Assembly (NCBI GenBank): GCA_965203325.1
Contig: OZ241875.1
Coordinates: 1,248,001 to 1,312,000, forward strand
DNA from: a bacterium
GTDB taxonomy: Bacteria > UBA8248
Direction: 5' to 3'
Length of the DNA stretch: 64,000 nucleotides
Shown in pieces: positions 16,889 through 26,831 of this stretch. The position numbers and the translations under genes are program-made. A model generated the notes under the pieces. The model was given only the letters and a program-made list of their open reading frames with translations, was not told the DNA's origin and made no database searches. Each line of letters begins with the position of its first letter. The stretch's first letter is position 1.

Positions 16889-17800
16889 TTAGCGTTTGCC
16901 CCATTTTTTCTTCTCCACGGTCTCTTCTTCAATCTCGTAGAAACTCTCGAGGCCGATCAGGTTCTCAATCTCCTGGCGGGCGGCCGTGAAATCCTCATGC
17001 GTCATGCCCGTGTAATCGCCCGTCTTGCGCACTTCCTGCAAAGCTTTTTTCATGAAATGGTAACTGACGGTGAGATACAAAATGGCGTCGATACAGGCGA
17101 CGTAGCCCATCTCCGCCATCTGGCTCTCCGAGTAGAGCGGCCTCCCGTCCCTGTTGCCCCGGCTCTGGACGTACACCAGTGGAATCCTGGACTTTTGGGG
17201 AGCGGCGATGGCTTCCTTGTGGTTCCGGGGAAATACGAGGCCCATATCCGCGCCCACGTCCGCCGCCATGTTCACGCGCCTGACCGCCTCGCCGACCCCC
17301 CGGAAGCGCGCCGTATCAGAGCGCGCGATGATGACGAAATCCTTGTCCGTCTCGTCTCGCTGGCGGCACGCCATCCTGATCTTGTCGACGAATTCCTTCG
17401 CCGGAATCGCGTGCGCAACGTATTTATGGTAGTGCGCGCGCTTGGGGTAGAGCTGATCCTCGATGTGGATTCCCGCGATGCCTGCGCGAATGAACTCCCG
17501 CACGGCGCGCATGGTGTGCATCGGCTCGCCGAAGCCCGCGCCTCCGTCGGCGAGCGTGGGTATTTTCACCGCGTTCGCCACGTCACCGGCCACGTCCACC
17601 TGCTCGCGCATCGTCACCATCGGCTCGGTGATGCAGCGCGAACCACCCGTCACGAAACCGCCCGTATAGGTCGCCTTGAAGCCGAGGCTCTCAACGAGCC
17701 TGCCACCGATGGGGTCGTAGGCGACGGGCATGAAGATGAATTTTCCCCTTTTCAGCAGGGCGCGGAACCTGGTGGTATTGCGGCGAATGGCCATTTGCAT
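16889..17800 (-). CDS. Isocitrate lyase/PEP mutase superfamily protein
   Basis: AYD..GGR..E..GF, ADGGAGFG, GIHIEDQ, IIARSD. Confidence 0.85.
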   Translation of the reverse strand: MQMAIRRNTTRFRALLKRGKFIFMPVAYDPIGGRLVESLGFKATYTGGFVTGGSRCITEPMVTMREQVDVAGDVANAVKIPTLADGGAGFGEPMHTMRAVREFIRAGIAGIHIEDQLYPKRAHYHKYVAHAIPAKEFVDKIRMACRQRDETDKDFVIIARSDTARFRGVGEAVRRVNMAADVGADMGLVFPRNHKEAIAAPQKSRIPLVYVQSRGNRDGRPLYSESQMAEMGYVACIDAILYLTVSYHFMKKALQEVRKTGDYTGMTHEDFTAARQEIENLIGLESFYEIEEETVEKKKWGKR

Positions 17801-17856
17801 CTCCTATCGAGCGAAATATGAACCTCCTGGGTTTTCCTGTCCTTTGTTTTTTCGAT

Positions 17857-19239
17857 TTATGCCGTTCGGGTTTCCAGGGAAGCCACGAGTTCCCTGAACC
17901 GAGAGAGGTCGGGCTGCTCCTCGATACACATCACGAAATCGATGACCGCATCCTGCCTCTCCGGTCCGAGCACGGACGCCGTGAGGTCGCGGAATTTCTC
18001 GACGACCGCCTCCCCAGTGGGCCTGTTCTCCGGGTCGCCCCGACAGTAGTCGACGCGCTCGTGGATCCGCTCGCCATTTTTCAGGTGGAACGTCACGTCG
18101 CACGGTTTTTTCTCATGGTAGATGGCCGTGAGTTCGGGATCGGCCTCCACCCGGGTGGCTTTGGCGAACCGAACGAGTTCGGGGTCGTAAAGGGATTCAC
18201 CCTCGAGGTCAGAGGGCGAAACCCTGCCGCGCCTCAGCGCAACCGCCATGGCGTAACCCATGTGAAAGATCATCTTGGCGGGAGGGCCCGGCTCGTAATC
18301 CCAGCCGCACTGAATCTGCGTTATCTCACCGGCCCGAATCGAGATGCGCTCTACGTCTTCGAGCCTCACGCCGTGCTTTTCGCGGGCCAGCAGCGCGGCG
18401 TCGATGCCCGTCTGGCTGCTGTGGCATGTCGGATAGAGTTTGATGGAGGTGTCCATGAGCCAGTACTTCTCGCCCAGACCATCTGTGAGAATCTCCGGCT
18501 TGGGTTTCTTCGTGGTCATGGAGAAAAAACCGCCATCAGGCGCTTCCAGGGGATTGGCTGAGCCCCGAAAGCCTCCCTCGGCCAATAGTGCGGAAACGAC
18601 CCCGTTTCTCGCGGCCGTTCCCGCTGCGAGGTAAAGCTCCATGCCCGAGCCTTGCGTAAAGGAAAAATTGCCCGAAGCCTGCCCCGCCGCCGCTGAGATG
18701 GCGTGGTGCAGGGTTTCGGGCGAGTGGCCCATGGCGCGCGATGCGGCCGCAGCCGCCCCGAAGGAGCCGCAAGTTCCCGTGGCGCGCCATCCCTTCAGGC
18801 GATGCTCGGCCATGTTGACCGCCATCCCCAAGCGTGCCGCCGCTTCATACCCCGCTGATATCGCCTCAAGAAACGTCTTGCCGTCTGATCCCTTAAGCTC
18901 GCAGGCTGCCAGGGCCGCCGGAATCACGGCCACGCCGGGATGAAGCTTTGATTTGCGATGCAAGTCATCAAAGATAAGGACGTGGGAGAGGACGCCGTTG
19001 GTGAGAGCGGCTGTGGCCGGGTCGGCCCCGAATCCCCGGCCGATAATGGTGCAAGGTCCGCTCCTCGAAGCTGCTCCTGCGGCGCACAGTGGAACACCCG
19101 CCTCCTCGGTTCCCAGCGCCCCCAACGCACAGCCAAAATGATCCAGAAGGCAGAGCTTCAGGAAATCGGGAACACCCTTCGGCAAGCTCTCGAGGCGCAG
19201 CCCCGACATGAACCCGGCAAGTTGTTTCGAGCGATTCAT
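17857..19239 (-). CDS. MmgE/PrpD family protein
   Basis: LLDHFGCALG, SH.L.FDD.H...HPG, GW..TGTCG, IKLYPTC, GDPENR. Confidence 0.9.
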   Translation of the reverse strand: MNRSKQLAGFMSGLRLESLPKGVPDFLKLCLLDHFGCALGALGTEEAGVPLCAAGAASRSGPCTIIGRGFGADPATAALTNGVLSHVLIFDDLHRKSKLHPGVAVIPAALAACELKGSDGKTFLEAISAGYEAAARLGMAVNMAEHRLKGWRATGTCGSFGAAAAASRAMGHSPETLHHAISAAAGQASGNFSFTQGSGMELYLAAGTAARNGVVSALLAEGGFRGSANPLEAPDGGFFSMTTKKPKPEILTDGLGEKYWLMDTSIKLYPTCHSSQTGIDAALLAREKHGVRLEDVERISIRAGEITQIQCGWDYEPGPPAKMIFHMGYAMAVALRRGRVSPSDLEGESLYDPELVRFAKATRVEADPELTAIYHEKKPCDVTFHLKNGERIHERVDYCRGDPENRPTGEAVVEKFRDLTASVLGPERQDAVIDFVMCIEEQPDLSRFRELVASLETRTA

Positions 19240-19322
19240 CGTACTCCCAGGGCGCGATGAAAAAGCGCCGCCGCGCCCCCCACCAGGCGGACGCGGCGCG
19301 CCGTTTCATCCAGCAGGTGAAA

Positions 19323-20366
19323 TTAGTTGCCGGTCAGGATCTTGAGCGAGTCCTTGGTCCATTTATCCCGCATCTGATCCATCTCATTCGGGTCCCACCA
19401 GTGGTATTTGAAGTCGGAGAGTTTCGCGCCCTCTACGCTGGTGAAGTCTTTGCGCAGAGAGAACTTGCCCTTGTCGGAAACCACTTTCTGGCCTTCGAGA
19501 CTCGAGAGCCAATCGATCAGCACCTTCGCACCTGCGGGGTTGGGACCGCCCTTCGTGATCGCCATGGGAGCGACGAGCAGCGCGCCGCCTTCTTTGGGGA
19601 ACACTTCTTTAATCGGTGCGCCCTTGCCGCCCGGGTAGGGGCCATCGCGGCGAACGAGCATGGAGAGGTTCACGCCGAAGTGGCGCTCGCCTGATTTTAC
19701 CTTGTTGTTCGTGGTGCCGTGGCTGCGCACCATCATCGCGCCGTTGTCGCGCGTTTTGATGAACCAATCGCGCCCGAAAAGCTTGTACATCGTGAACACG
19801 AAGTAGTAGTGGCCGCCGCCGATTTTCGGATCGCCGAAGCTGATCTTGTTTTTCCATTTGGGCTTGTGGAAGTCGAGCCAGCTGTTCGGGATGTCGCCGC
19901 CCTTCACGAGTTCGGGGTTGTAGGAAATGTATTGCAGCCAGGAGGTGTGATAGAAGTAGCCGCAGTCCTTCGCCACGGCCCAGTCACGGTAGTCCTTGTA
20001 ATTCGGGCTGCAGTGACGGGTGAGCTGGTTTTTTCTATTGAAGCTCAGGAACATCCCCGGGTCGGCGGTGGAGATGACGTCCATGCGGACCTTCCCGGCT
20101 CTCAGCTCCTGCTTGTAGAGATTGGCGATTTTGCCGGACTGGCTCCGGATCATCTTCGCCTTGATACCGTACTTGCTGAATGCCTTGTTGAACGCCTTGT
20201 TCAGCTTCCGCTGGGCGGGCTTGAAGATGATGTTGTACACGATCACCTGCCCGCCCTTGGTGTCGGCCGCCATCTTGAGCGTTTCCTTGTCGGCGCCATG
20301 CGCGCCGCTCGCCACGAGGCCCATCGACAGCCCCAGGCATATGACGGGGATTATCCACTTCTTCAT
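19323..20366 (-). CDS. ABC transporter substrate-binding protein (Fe3+/thiamine/polyamine cluster)
   Basis: Signal peptide, AAGGAGG RBS, YNPELV...P.SW.D...PKWK.KI, PNPAGAK.LIDW.LS.EGQ. Confidence 0.85.
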   Translation of the reverse strand: MKKWIIPVICLGLSMGLVASGAHGADKETLKMAADTKGGQVIVYNIIFKPAQRKLNKAFNKAFSKYGIKAKMIRSQSGKIANLYKQELRAGKVRMDVISTADPGMFLSFNRKNQLTRHCSPNYKDYRDWAVAKDCGYFYHTSWLQYISYNPELVKGGDIPNSWLDFHKPKWKNKISFGDPKIGGGHYYFVFTMYKLFGRDWFIKTRDNGAMMVRSHGTTNNKVKSGERHFGVNLSMLVRRDGPYPGGKGAPIKEVFPKEGGALLVAPMAITKGGPNPAGAKVLIDWLSSLEGQKVVSDKGKFSLRKDFTSVEGAKLSDFKYHWWDPNEMDQMRDKWTKDSLKILTGN

Positions 20367-20396
20367 CTTGCACCTCCTTTGAGATTGAGAAAACAA

Positions 20397-21479
20397 CTAC
20401 GATTCCACGACAACGCATCGCTCCGGCTCGGCGGAGACGAGCACTTCCTGACCCGTTTCGAACATCTGCGTCGGTTCCGCATGTATCTCGAGCGCTTTTC
20501 CGGAAACTTCCACCGAAAAAATGGTCGACTCTCCCAGGAAAGTCGAATGAGCCACTTTGCCCTTCCATTGATTCGGGCGCTCGGCACCATCCTGGGGCGT
20601 GGACAACTCGAGCGCCTCGGGACGAATCGAGACGTATACCTTATCCTCATCGGGCATCACCTGCGCGCCGACGGCGATCTCGATTCCCTCATCCGAAAGA
20701 ACGAGCGCCTCGCCTCCCGCCCCCGCTTTCTTCGCACCCTCAAAGAGATTCGTGGTTCCCATGAAACTGGCGACGAAGCGGTTCTGCGGGCGATTGTAGA
20801 TTTCGCGCGGGTCGGCGATCTGCTGCAAGACCCCGTGATCCATGATGGCGATGCGGTCCGAGAGCGCCATGGCTTCGGTTTGATCGTGCGTGACGTAGAC
20901 GGCCGTGAAATTGAGCCTTTCTTGCAACTCCCGAATTTCGAGCCGCATCTGCACGCGCAGATTCGCGTCGAGGTTGCTCAGAGGTTCGTCGAACAAGAGC
21001 AGGGAAGGCTCTGAAACCAGACTACGCGCAAGGGCGACGCGCTGCTGCTGTCCGCCGCTTATCTGTGTGGAGTAGCGGTGCTCCATGCCGTCGAGTTGAA
21101 CGAGTTTGAGCGCGTTCATAACTTTTCCGGAAATTTCCCCACGCGGCATGCCACGCGCCCGGAGCGGATAGGCGACGTTCTCGAACAGCGTCATATGCGG
21201 CCAGATGGCGTAGGATTGAAACACCATGCCGATCGCGCGCTTCTCTGGCAGAACGAATACGCCGCCGTCGATATCGGTGACGACCGTCTCGCCGATGGTG
21301 ATACGCCCGTCGGTCGGTCTCTCGAGGCCCGCGAGGCATCTGAGCGTCGTGGTCTTCCCGCACCCGCTCGGGCCGAGCAGCGTGAGCATCTCCCCTTCTT
21401 CGACTTCCAGGTCGAGGACGTCCACCGCGCGCACTTCGTCGAAGTGTTTCGATAGATTCTCAATGGTCAGCGACGGCAA
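20397..21479 (-). CDS. ABC transporter ATP-binding protein (PotA/FbpC type, TOBE domain)
   Basis: GPSGCGKTT, ISGGQQQRVALAR, LLFDEPLSNLD, VTHDQ. Confidence 0.95.
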   Translation of the reverse strand: MPSLTIENLSKHFDEVRAVDVLDLEVEEGEMLTLLGPSGCGKTTTLRCLAGLERPTDGRITIGETVVTDIDGGVFVLPEKRAIGMVFQSYAIWPHMTLFENVAYPLRARGMPRGEISGKVMNALKLVQLDGMEHRYSTQISGGQQQRVALARSLVSEPSLLLFDEPLSNLDANLRVQMRLEIRELQERLNFTAVYVTHDQTEAMALSDRIAIMDHGVLQQIADPREIYNRPQNRFVASFMGTTNLFEGAKKAGAGGEALVLSDEGIEIAVGAQVMPDEDKVYVSIRPEALELSTPQDGAERPNQWKGKVAHSTFLGESTIFSVEVSGKALEIHAEPTQMFETGQEVLVSAEPERCVVVES

Positions 21480-21494
21480 CTAGCTTTTCCTCCA

Positions 21495-23225
21495 CTATCG
21501 GTAGACGGGGGTCACATCCACCTTGAAAACCCACTTGAACACAGAAATGACGACGAACATGATCGCCGTCAGAAGCAATGCGCCGGTACACATGATGTTC
21601 AACTCACCATCCGTCCACTGCTCGAAGATCAGAACGGGCAGAACGCGCGTTTCATGCGTGGTCAGAAGAACCGCCGTGGATATTTCGCGCAGGAATATGA
21701 TGAACAGCAATATCCAGGTGGAATAAATGCCCGGGCGCAACAAGGGGAAAATAATTCTCCGGAAGGTGAGGAACCAGCTCCCGCCGTGAACCCGGCTGCT
21801 TTCTTCGAGTTCTCCATGGACCTGCACCACGTTCGCCCCCAGGGCGCGGACGCCGTAGGGCATAAACAGGGTGAGGTATGCGACGACGAGAATCCAGATG
21901 GTCGCCCAGATTGGCCACTGGATATACGCCCATATCATCCCCAGACCCATGACGATTCCGGGAATTCCCACCGGCATGACGCTCACCTGCTCGAGAACAC
22001 CGCGGCCGGGCGTTTTGCTCTTGTGGATAATGTAGGCGATGACGGCCGTCATCAGCACGCTGATGGTCGCCCCGCCGGTGGAGAGATACATCGAGCGGAT
22101 GAAGGAATCGAGCAAATCGGGATTCGTGAAAAAGACCTCCCAGTTCTCAAGCGTCCACAACCCGAACTTGGGTGTGGCGTAAGGCTGCATGCTGACCTTG
22201 ATAAGTACCAGCCCGGGCAGGATGACGGCGAGCAGTGCGTAGAGCGCCGTGAACAAATAGGCAAAAGGCGTGAGGCGCCCGAGAGAATAGAGTTTGAGGC
22301 GGAAACCGCGTCCGCTTACCAGGGCGTATGAGCCTTTTCTGAGTATCCAACGCTGCAGGAGAATGCAGACTGCGGTAATGGCCATCAGGGTGAGGGCGGC
22401 GACGGTCGCCTCCCCGTAGAGTGGCGGGGCGAAGACCGATTTCGCAAAGATGTCCGTCGCCAATACCACGATGCGCGCCGGGAATCCCAAAATCGCCGCC
22501 ACACCGAAGATGCCCATCGTAATGACGAAGACGAGCGTCATGCCCGATAGAATGGCGGGAAGGATGACCGGAAACGTCACCCGCGTGAGGGTGCGGAACA
22601 ACCCCGCGCCCGACATGAACGAAGCCTCCTCATACGTCGTATCCACCGAGCGGAGCGCCGCCGAGGTGAACAGGTACATATAAGGGGCCATGTAGATACC
22701 CGAAACCCAGATGATCCCCCAGACGGAATAGACGTTGATGGGAAGCCCTGTCCAGAGCTTGATCATACCGTTGGTGGGGTTGCCCAGAAGAATCCAGGCG
22801 AGCGCGCCGACGAATGTGCTCGTGAAAAAAGGAAGTATGGCGGAGAGCTCCACCCAGCGCTTCCCGCGCATGTCTGTCTTCACGACCAGCCAGGCCAGTG
22901 GCGATCCGATGATCGTCGCCAGGAAGACCACGCCGAAGCCGACCAGCAGGGTTCTGCCCACTGTGCGCCAGTAGCCCGGATTGCCGAAAACGACGCGGAA
23001 ATGCTCGAGCGTCCACACGCCCCCCTCGCCCGGGGGCTCGGATTGAAACGCGCCGTAGAACAGATTGAGGACGGGCGCGAGAACAAACCAGAGAACTAAC
23101 AAGGTCATCACCACGACCGTGACGACCTCGAAGGGCGTAACGCCGGCTGCGCGTAACCTCCTGAGCGGCGCGCGGAAATAACGCTCGAACGCCCCTCCTG
23201 GATTCTGAACGACTGTTCCGGCCAT
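21495..23225 (-). CDS. ABC transporter permease (FbpB-like, two TM domains)
   Basis: Multiple TM helices with two EAA-like motifs (YEEASFMSGA; LEESSRVHGG). Confidence 0.9.
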   Translation of the reverse strand: MAGTVVQNPGGAFERYFRAPLRRLRAAGVTPFEVVTVVVMTLLVLWFVLAPVLNLFYGAFQSEPPGEGGVWTLEHFRVVFGNPGYWRTVGRTLLVGFGVVFLATIIGSPLAWLVVKTDMRGKRWVELSAILPFFTSTFVGALAWILLGNPTNGMIKLWTGLPINVYSVWGIIWVSGIYMAPYMYLFTSAALRSVDTTYEEASFMSGAGLFRTLTRVTFPVILPAILSGMTLVFVITMGIFGVAAILGFPARIVVLATDIFAKSVFAPPLYGEATVAALTLMAITAVCILLQRWILRKGSYALVSGRGFRLKLYSLGRLTPFAYLFTALYALLAVILPGLVLIKVSMQPYATPKFGLWTLENWEVFFTNPDLLDSFIRSMYLSTGGATISVLMTAVIAYIIHKSKTPGRGVLEQVSVMPVGIPGIVMGLGMIWAYIQWPIWATIWILVVAYLTLFMPYGVRALGANVVQVHGELEESSRVHGGSWFLTFRRIIFPLLRPGIYSTWILLFIIFLREISTAVLLTTHETRVLPVLIFEQWTDGELNIMCTGALLLTAIMFVVISVFKWVFKVDVTPVYR

Positions 23226-23280
23226 GAAACTTCGCCTCTCGCATTACCCTCGGGCTATGAGAGCTGCCGCGCCTTCTGCG

Positions 23281-24540
23281 CTACCCCATGACGCGGCTGA
23301 TTATCCGCTCCACTTCCTCATCGGTCGCCAAACTTTTCTCCTCGATCAGCGCTCGAACGCCCGAGATGATTCGATCCATCTGGGCTTCGTCCGCCTTTTT
23401 CCCCATCTGATTCACCTTGGCGTCCAAGGGACTGTCTGAACCTTTCTGAAGAGCCGTGGGTCCATACACGATGTGTCTGCCGCTGCCCACAGTCTCGGAG
23501 CGCAGGTTCTCCCACAAAAACCAGTCCCCGCGAAGGATGCCGGGGATGTGGAGTCCGCCGTAACTGAACATGTTGTGTCCCACCACCGGGGCGTTCTCGG
23601 CGACGGGAATCTCATAGAGTTCAGAGACGAGGCTGCTGAGTTCTGTGATCTTTTTCAGATCGATCCCGGTCTGATACCCGAAGAAATACTCCAGCCCTAC
23701 GGCGATCTGCTCGAAGCCCGCGTTGCCGCAGCGATGGCCCGTCCTGTTGATGCACACGTCGCACGCCATGGCGCCCGCCCGGATGCCCTCGAAGGTGATG
23801 GCCGTGGCGAGGCCGAAATCATCATGCGCATGAACGGACACCTCTATCTTGTCCTCACTTGCCGCGCGCACGGCATGAACCACCATCGCCATCGTCTGCG
23901 GCAGGAACCACCCGCGCGGGTCGTAGCAGACCCACCGGTCCACGCCGGCGGCGACGGCGCGCCGGATCGTCTCGGGAATAATATCCGCGCGTGGATGATC
24001 CGTGCCGAAACCCACCTTGAGGCCTTGTTCCTTGGCATAGGCGATGCACTCTTCTATCCGCACGAGAAACGACTCGCCCCGGAGCGTCGGGTGGAGCGCT
24101 TCGGTCATCGTATAGCCCTGCATGCCCACGAAATTCACCATGTCGGCCCCGCAACCGGCGATTCCGTCGATGTCTGATTTCCAGTTCGGGAGCCAGCAGC
24201 GCGCGTGCATGCCGCAAATGATTTTTGAACCGCGCTTTTTCAGTTCACTGACGAATCTCTGATCATCAGGCAGCGAGCCGTAACCCACCTCGGCTTCCTG
24301 CACGCCCGCCTCATCGAGCAACTCGGAGATCCGCAGCTTCTTCTCCACGCTCGCATAAACACCAGGCGTATTCGCGCCCGAGCGCAGCGTGTCGTCGCGC
24401 AAGACGATGTGCCGGGGCTGTGCGTTCACGGCATCGGGCACCGCCAGGGCGTTCATCGGGCTGGATATCCAGCGGCTCTGCTCATCCAGGCGCGCGTCCA
24501 GGTTCATGGCATCCTGATCTACCCAGGAGGGAACATCCAT
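23281..24540 (-). CDS. DRE-TIM metallolyase (homocitrate/isopropylmalate synthase-like), atypical motif
   Basis: DDTLRSG, GVQEAEVG, VHAHDDFGLATA, G.RCGNA, APVVG.N.F. Confidence 0.75.
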   Translation of the reverse strand: MDVPSWVDQDAMNLDARLDEQSRWISSPMNALAVPDAVNAQPRHIVLRDDTLRSGANTPGVYASVEKKLRISELLDEAGVQEAEVGYGSLPDDQRFVSELKKRGSKIICGMHARCWLPNWKSDIDGIAGCGADMVNFVGMQGYTMTEALHPTLRGESFLVRIEECIAYAKEQGLKVGFGTDHPRADIIPETIRRAVAAGVDRWVCYDPRGWFLPQTMAMVVHAVRAASEDKIEVSVHAHDDFGLATAITFEGIRAGAMACDVCINRTGHRCGNAGFEQIAVGLEYFFGYQTGIDLKKITELSSLVSELYEIPVAENAPVVGHNMFSYGGLHIPGILRGDWFLWENLRSETVGSGRHIVYGPTALQKGSDSPLDAKVNQMGKKADEAQMDRIISGVRALIEEKSLATDEEVERIISRVMG

Positions 24541-25045
24541 TATCGCGTCTCCAAATCCGGTTCAGTTGCGCAAACCTCTCCGAGGAAGCCTTCCGACACT
24601 GAATATCGGAGGGAGTGATAATTCCCCACGAAGTGAAGAAGTGAATTGTAATTGGCGGGAAGATTACAACACGATTCCCCCATCACGCGCAATCCAAACC
24701 GATGTCCTGGGTATCCATGGAAAACCACCCCCTCCATTCTCTTTCACGGAGCGGGAGCAACCATTCGAGTACGGAATCTGGCCCGAACAAGCGAGGTGGA
24801 ATCCTCCGGGGCCTTTGCCCAAAAGCTGGAAATTCGTGTAAAACTTCCTCTCTAAACCTACGGATCGACATATCCGCATCATCTTGACGCCACGCTCAGG
24901 AAGCGGAATGCTCCAGAAGGTTTTCCAAACAGTATTAGCGAAAAACTGTAGTCTCATATGAGTTGGTGCGTTCTGCTCAAATGAGCTTCGGCGGTTAAAC
25001 GCCCGCCCGCGAAACGCCTCATTTTGGTGAAGGAGAAAGAATTTC

Positions 25046-26830
25046 ATGTCGGCCGGACACACGAAAGCGAGTTTGAAAAAAGCGGCCTCGCGCCGAAAGA
25101 CCACGAAGCGGCGCGCATCGGCGGTACCCGATCCGGTCGCGCTCGAGGTCTTCTCGAACGCCTTGCTATCGGTGGCCGAGGAGATGGGCGCGGCGCTCAT
25201 ACGCACGGCCTATTCCACGAACATCAAGGAGCGCCAGGACGCCTCGACGGCCATATTCGACGCGGAAGGCCGCCTCATCGCACAGGCCGAGCACATTCCC
25301 ATGCACCTGGGCGCGATGCTGAGCATCATCCGGAACATTCTGAAGCGCTACCCGCTGGAAGAACTCAGGCCGGGCGACGCCTTCCTGGCGAACGACGCCT
25401 ACCACGGCGGCGGAACCCATCTCGCCGACGTCACGGTGGCCTCTCCGGTGTTCGACGGCAAAAGGCTCATCGGATTCGTCGCCAACATGGGCCACTGGCC
25501 GGACGTGGGCGGCATCAAGCCGGGCGCCGCGATGACCGAGGGCTGCAACGAGATATACCAAGAGGGCTTGAGGATACCGCCCATGAAAATTTTCAGGCAG
25601 GGCGTACTGCAGGAAGACCTCTTCTCCTTCATCCTCCTCAACATGCGCTTTTCAGAGGACAGGCCGGCCGACCTGCGCGCGCAGGCGGCGTGCAACCAAT
25701 TGGGCGTCCGGCGTCTTCAGGAACTGAGTGAAAAATACGGTGCCGAGCGTTTTCTCGAACTCGTGGAAGGCGTGCTCGACTACAACGAACGCACGATCCG
25801 CTCGAAGATCAAGGAACTGCCCGAGGGGACGTGGGATTTCGAGGATCAACTCGACGACGACGCCCACGTGCCCGGTCCGGTACCGCTCAAGGTGACGCTC
25901 ACCATCTCGCATAATCCTAAGCCTCACATGGTTTTCGATTTCACGGGTTCAAGCCATCAGAGAACGGGCGGCGTGAACGTCGTCTATGAAGCGCTGTTCG
26001 CCACTGTCGCCTACGCACTCAAGGCGACCATCGACCCCGAACTGTGGTCGAACGCGGCGTTCGAGCGTGTGGTGAGGCTCGTAGCACCCGAGGAAAGCGT
26101 CGTGAACCCGAGTCCGCCGGCACCCGTGGGCGGACGCGGCACCACCTGCCAGCGGCTGGCCGATCTGCTCATCGGCGTCATGTCGAAGGTGGCGCCCGAG
26201 CGCGTTTGCGCCTGCGGACACGGCACCACCTCCATCAACATCCACGGCTTCGACGCCATCCGGGACAGGCCGTTCATCTGCATCGACGGCATCGGCGGCG
26301 GCATGGGCGGTCGGGACACCAGCAATGGAATGGACGCCGTCCAGATCCACACGAACAACATACCGAACCTGCCCGTAGAGATCCTGGAGAGTGAATACCC
26401 CATCCGCGTGGAGCGCTTCGAACTCGTGCCCAACAGCGGCGGCGCGGGACGCCGCCGGGGCGGACTCGCCACGAGAAAAGACTTTCTGATGCTCAGCGAC
26501 ACGGGCTTCATCGCCCACGCCGACAGGCACGACTTTTCTCCCTGGCCTCTGTACGGCGGCAAAGAGGGGGCCCGCGGAGTCCATCTGAAAAATCCCGGGA
26601 AGCCGAATGAAACGAAACTGCCGAGCAAGGGCGGCCCTCATGAGGTGAGAAAGGGCGAGGTGCTCAGGTGCCAGTCGGCCGGAGCCGGCGGATACGGCGA
26701 CCCGGCCGGGCATTCCCCGGAAGAGTTGGCGACCGACCTCGCGGACGGGAAAATTACGCTCGAATATGCCAGGGCGTCTTATCCGAAAGCCCTTGTCGAT
26801 GAAGCGTTGAAACACAAGGAGACGCTCTAA
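25046..26830 (+). CDS. Hydantoinase B/5-oxoprolinase family protein
   Basis: DPV.LEV, EEMG..L.RTAYSTNIKER.D.S, NDAYHGGGTHL.D, GGGYGDP-like end. Confidence 0.92.
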   Translation: MSAGHTKASLKKAASRRKTTKRRASAVPDPVALEVFSNALLSVAEEMGAALIRTAYSTNIKERQDASTAIFDAEGRLIAQAEHIPMHLGAMLSIIRNILKRYPLEELRPGDAFLANDAYHGGGTHLADVTVASPVFDGKRLIGFVANMGHWPDVGGIKPGAAMTEGCNEIYQEGLRIPPMKIFRQGVLQEDLFSFILLNMRFSEDRPADLRAQAACNQLGVRRLQELSEKYGAERFLELVEGVLDYNERTIRSKIKELPEGTWDFEDQLDDDAHVPGPVPLKVTLTISHNPKPHMVFDFTGSSHQRTGGVNVVYEALFATVAYALKATIDPELWSNAAFERVVRLVAPEESVVNPSPPAPVGGRGTTCQRLADLLIGVMSKVAPERVCACGHGTTSINIHGFDAIRDRPFICIDGIGGGMGGRDTSNGMDAVQIHTNNIPNLPVEILESEYPIRVERFELVPNSGGAGRRRGGLATRKDFLMLSDTGFIAHADRHDFSPWPLYGGKEGARGVHLKNPGKPNETKLPSKGGPHEVRKGEVLRCQSAGAGGYGDPAGHSPEELATDLADGKITLEYARASYPKALVDEALKHKETL

Positions 26831-26831
26831 C

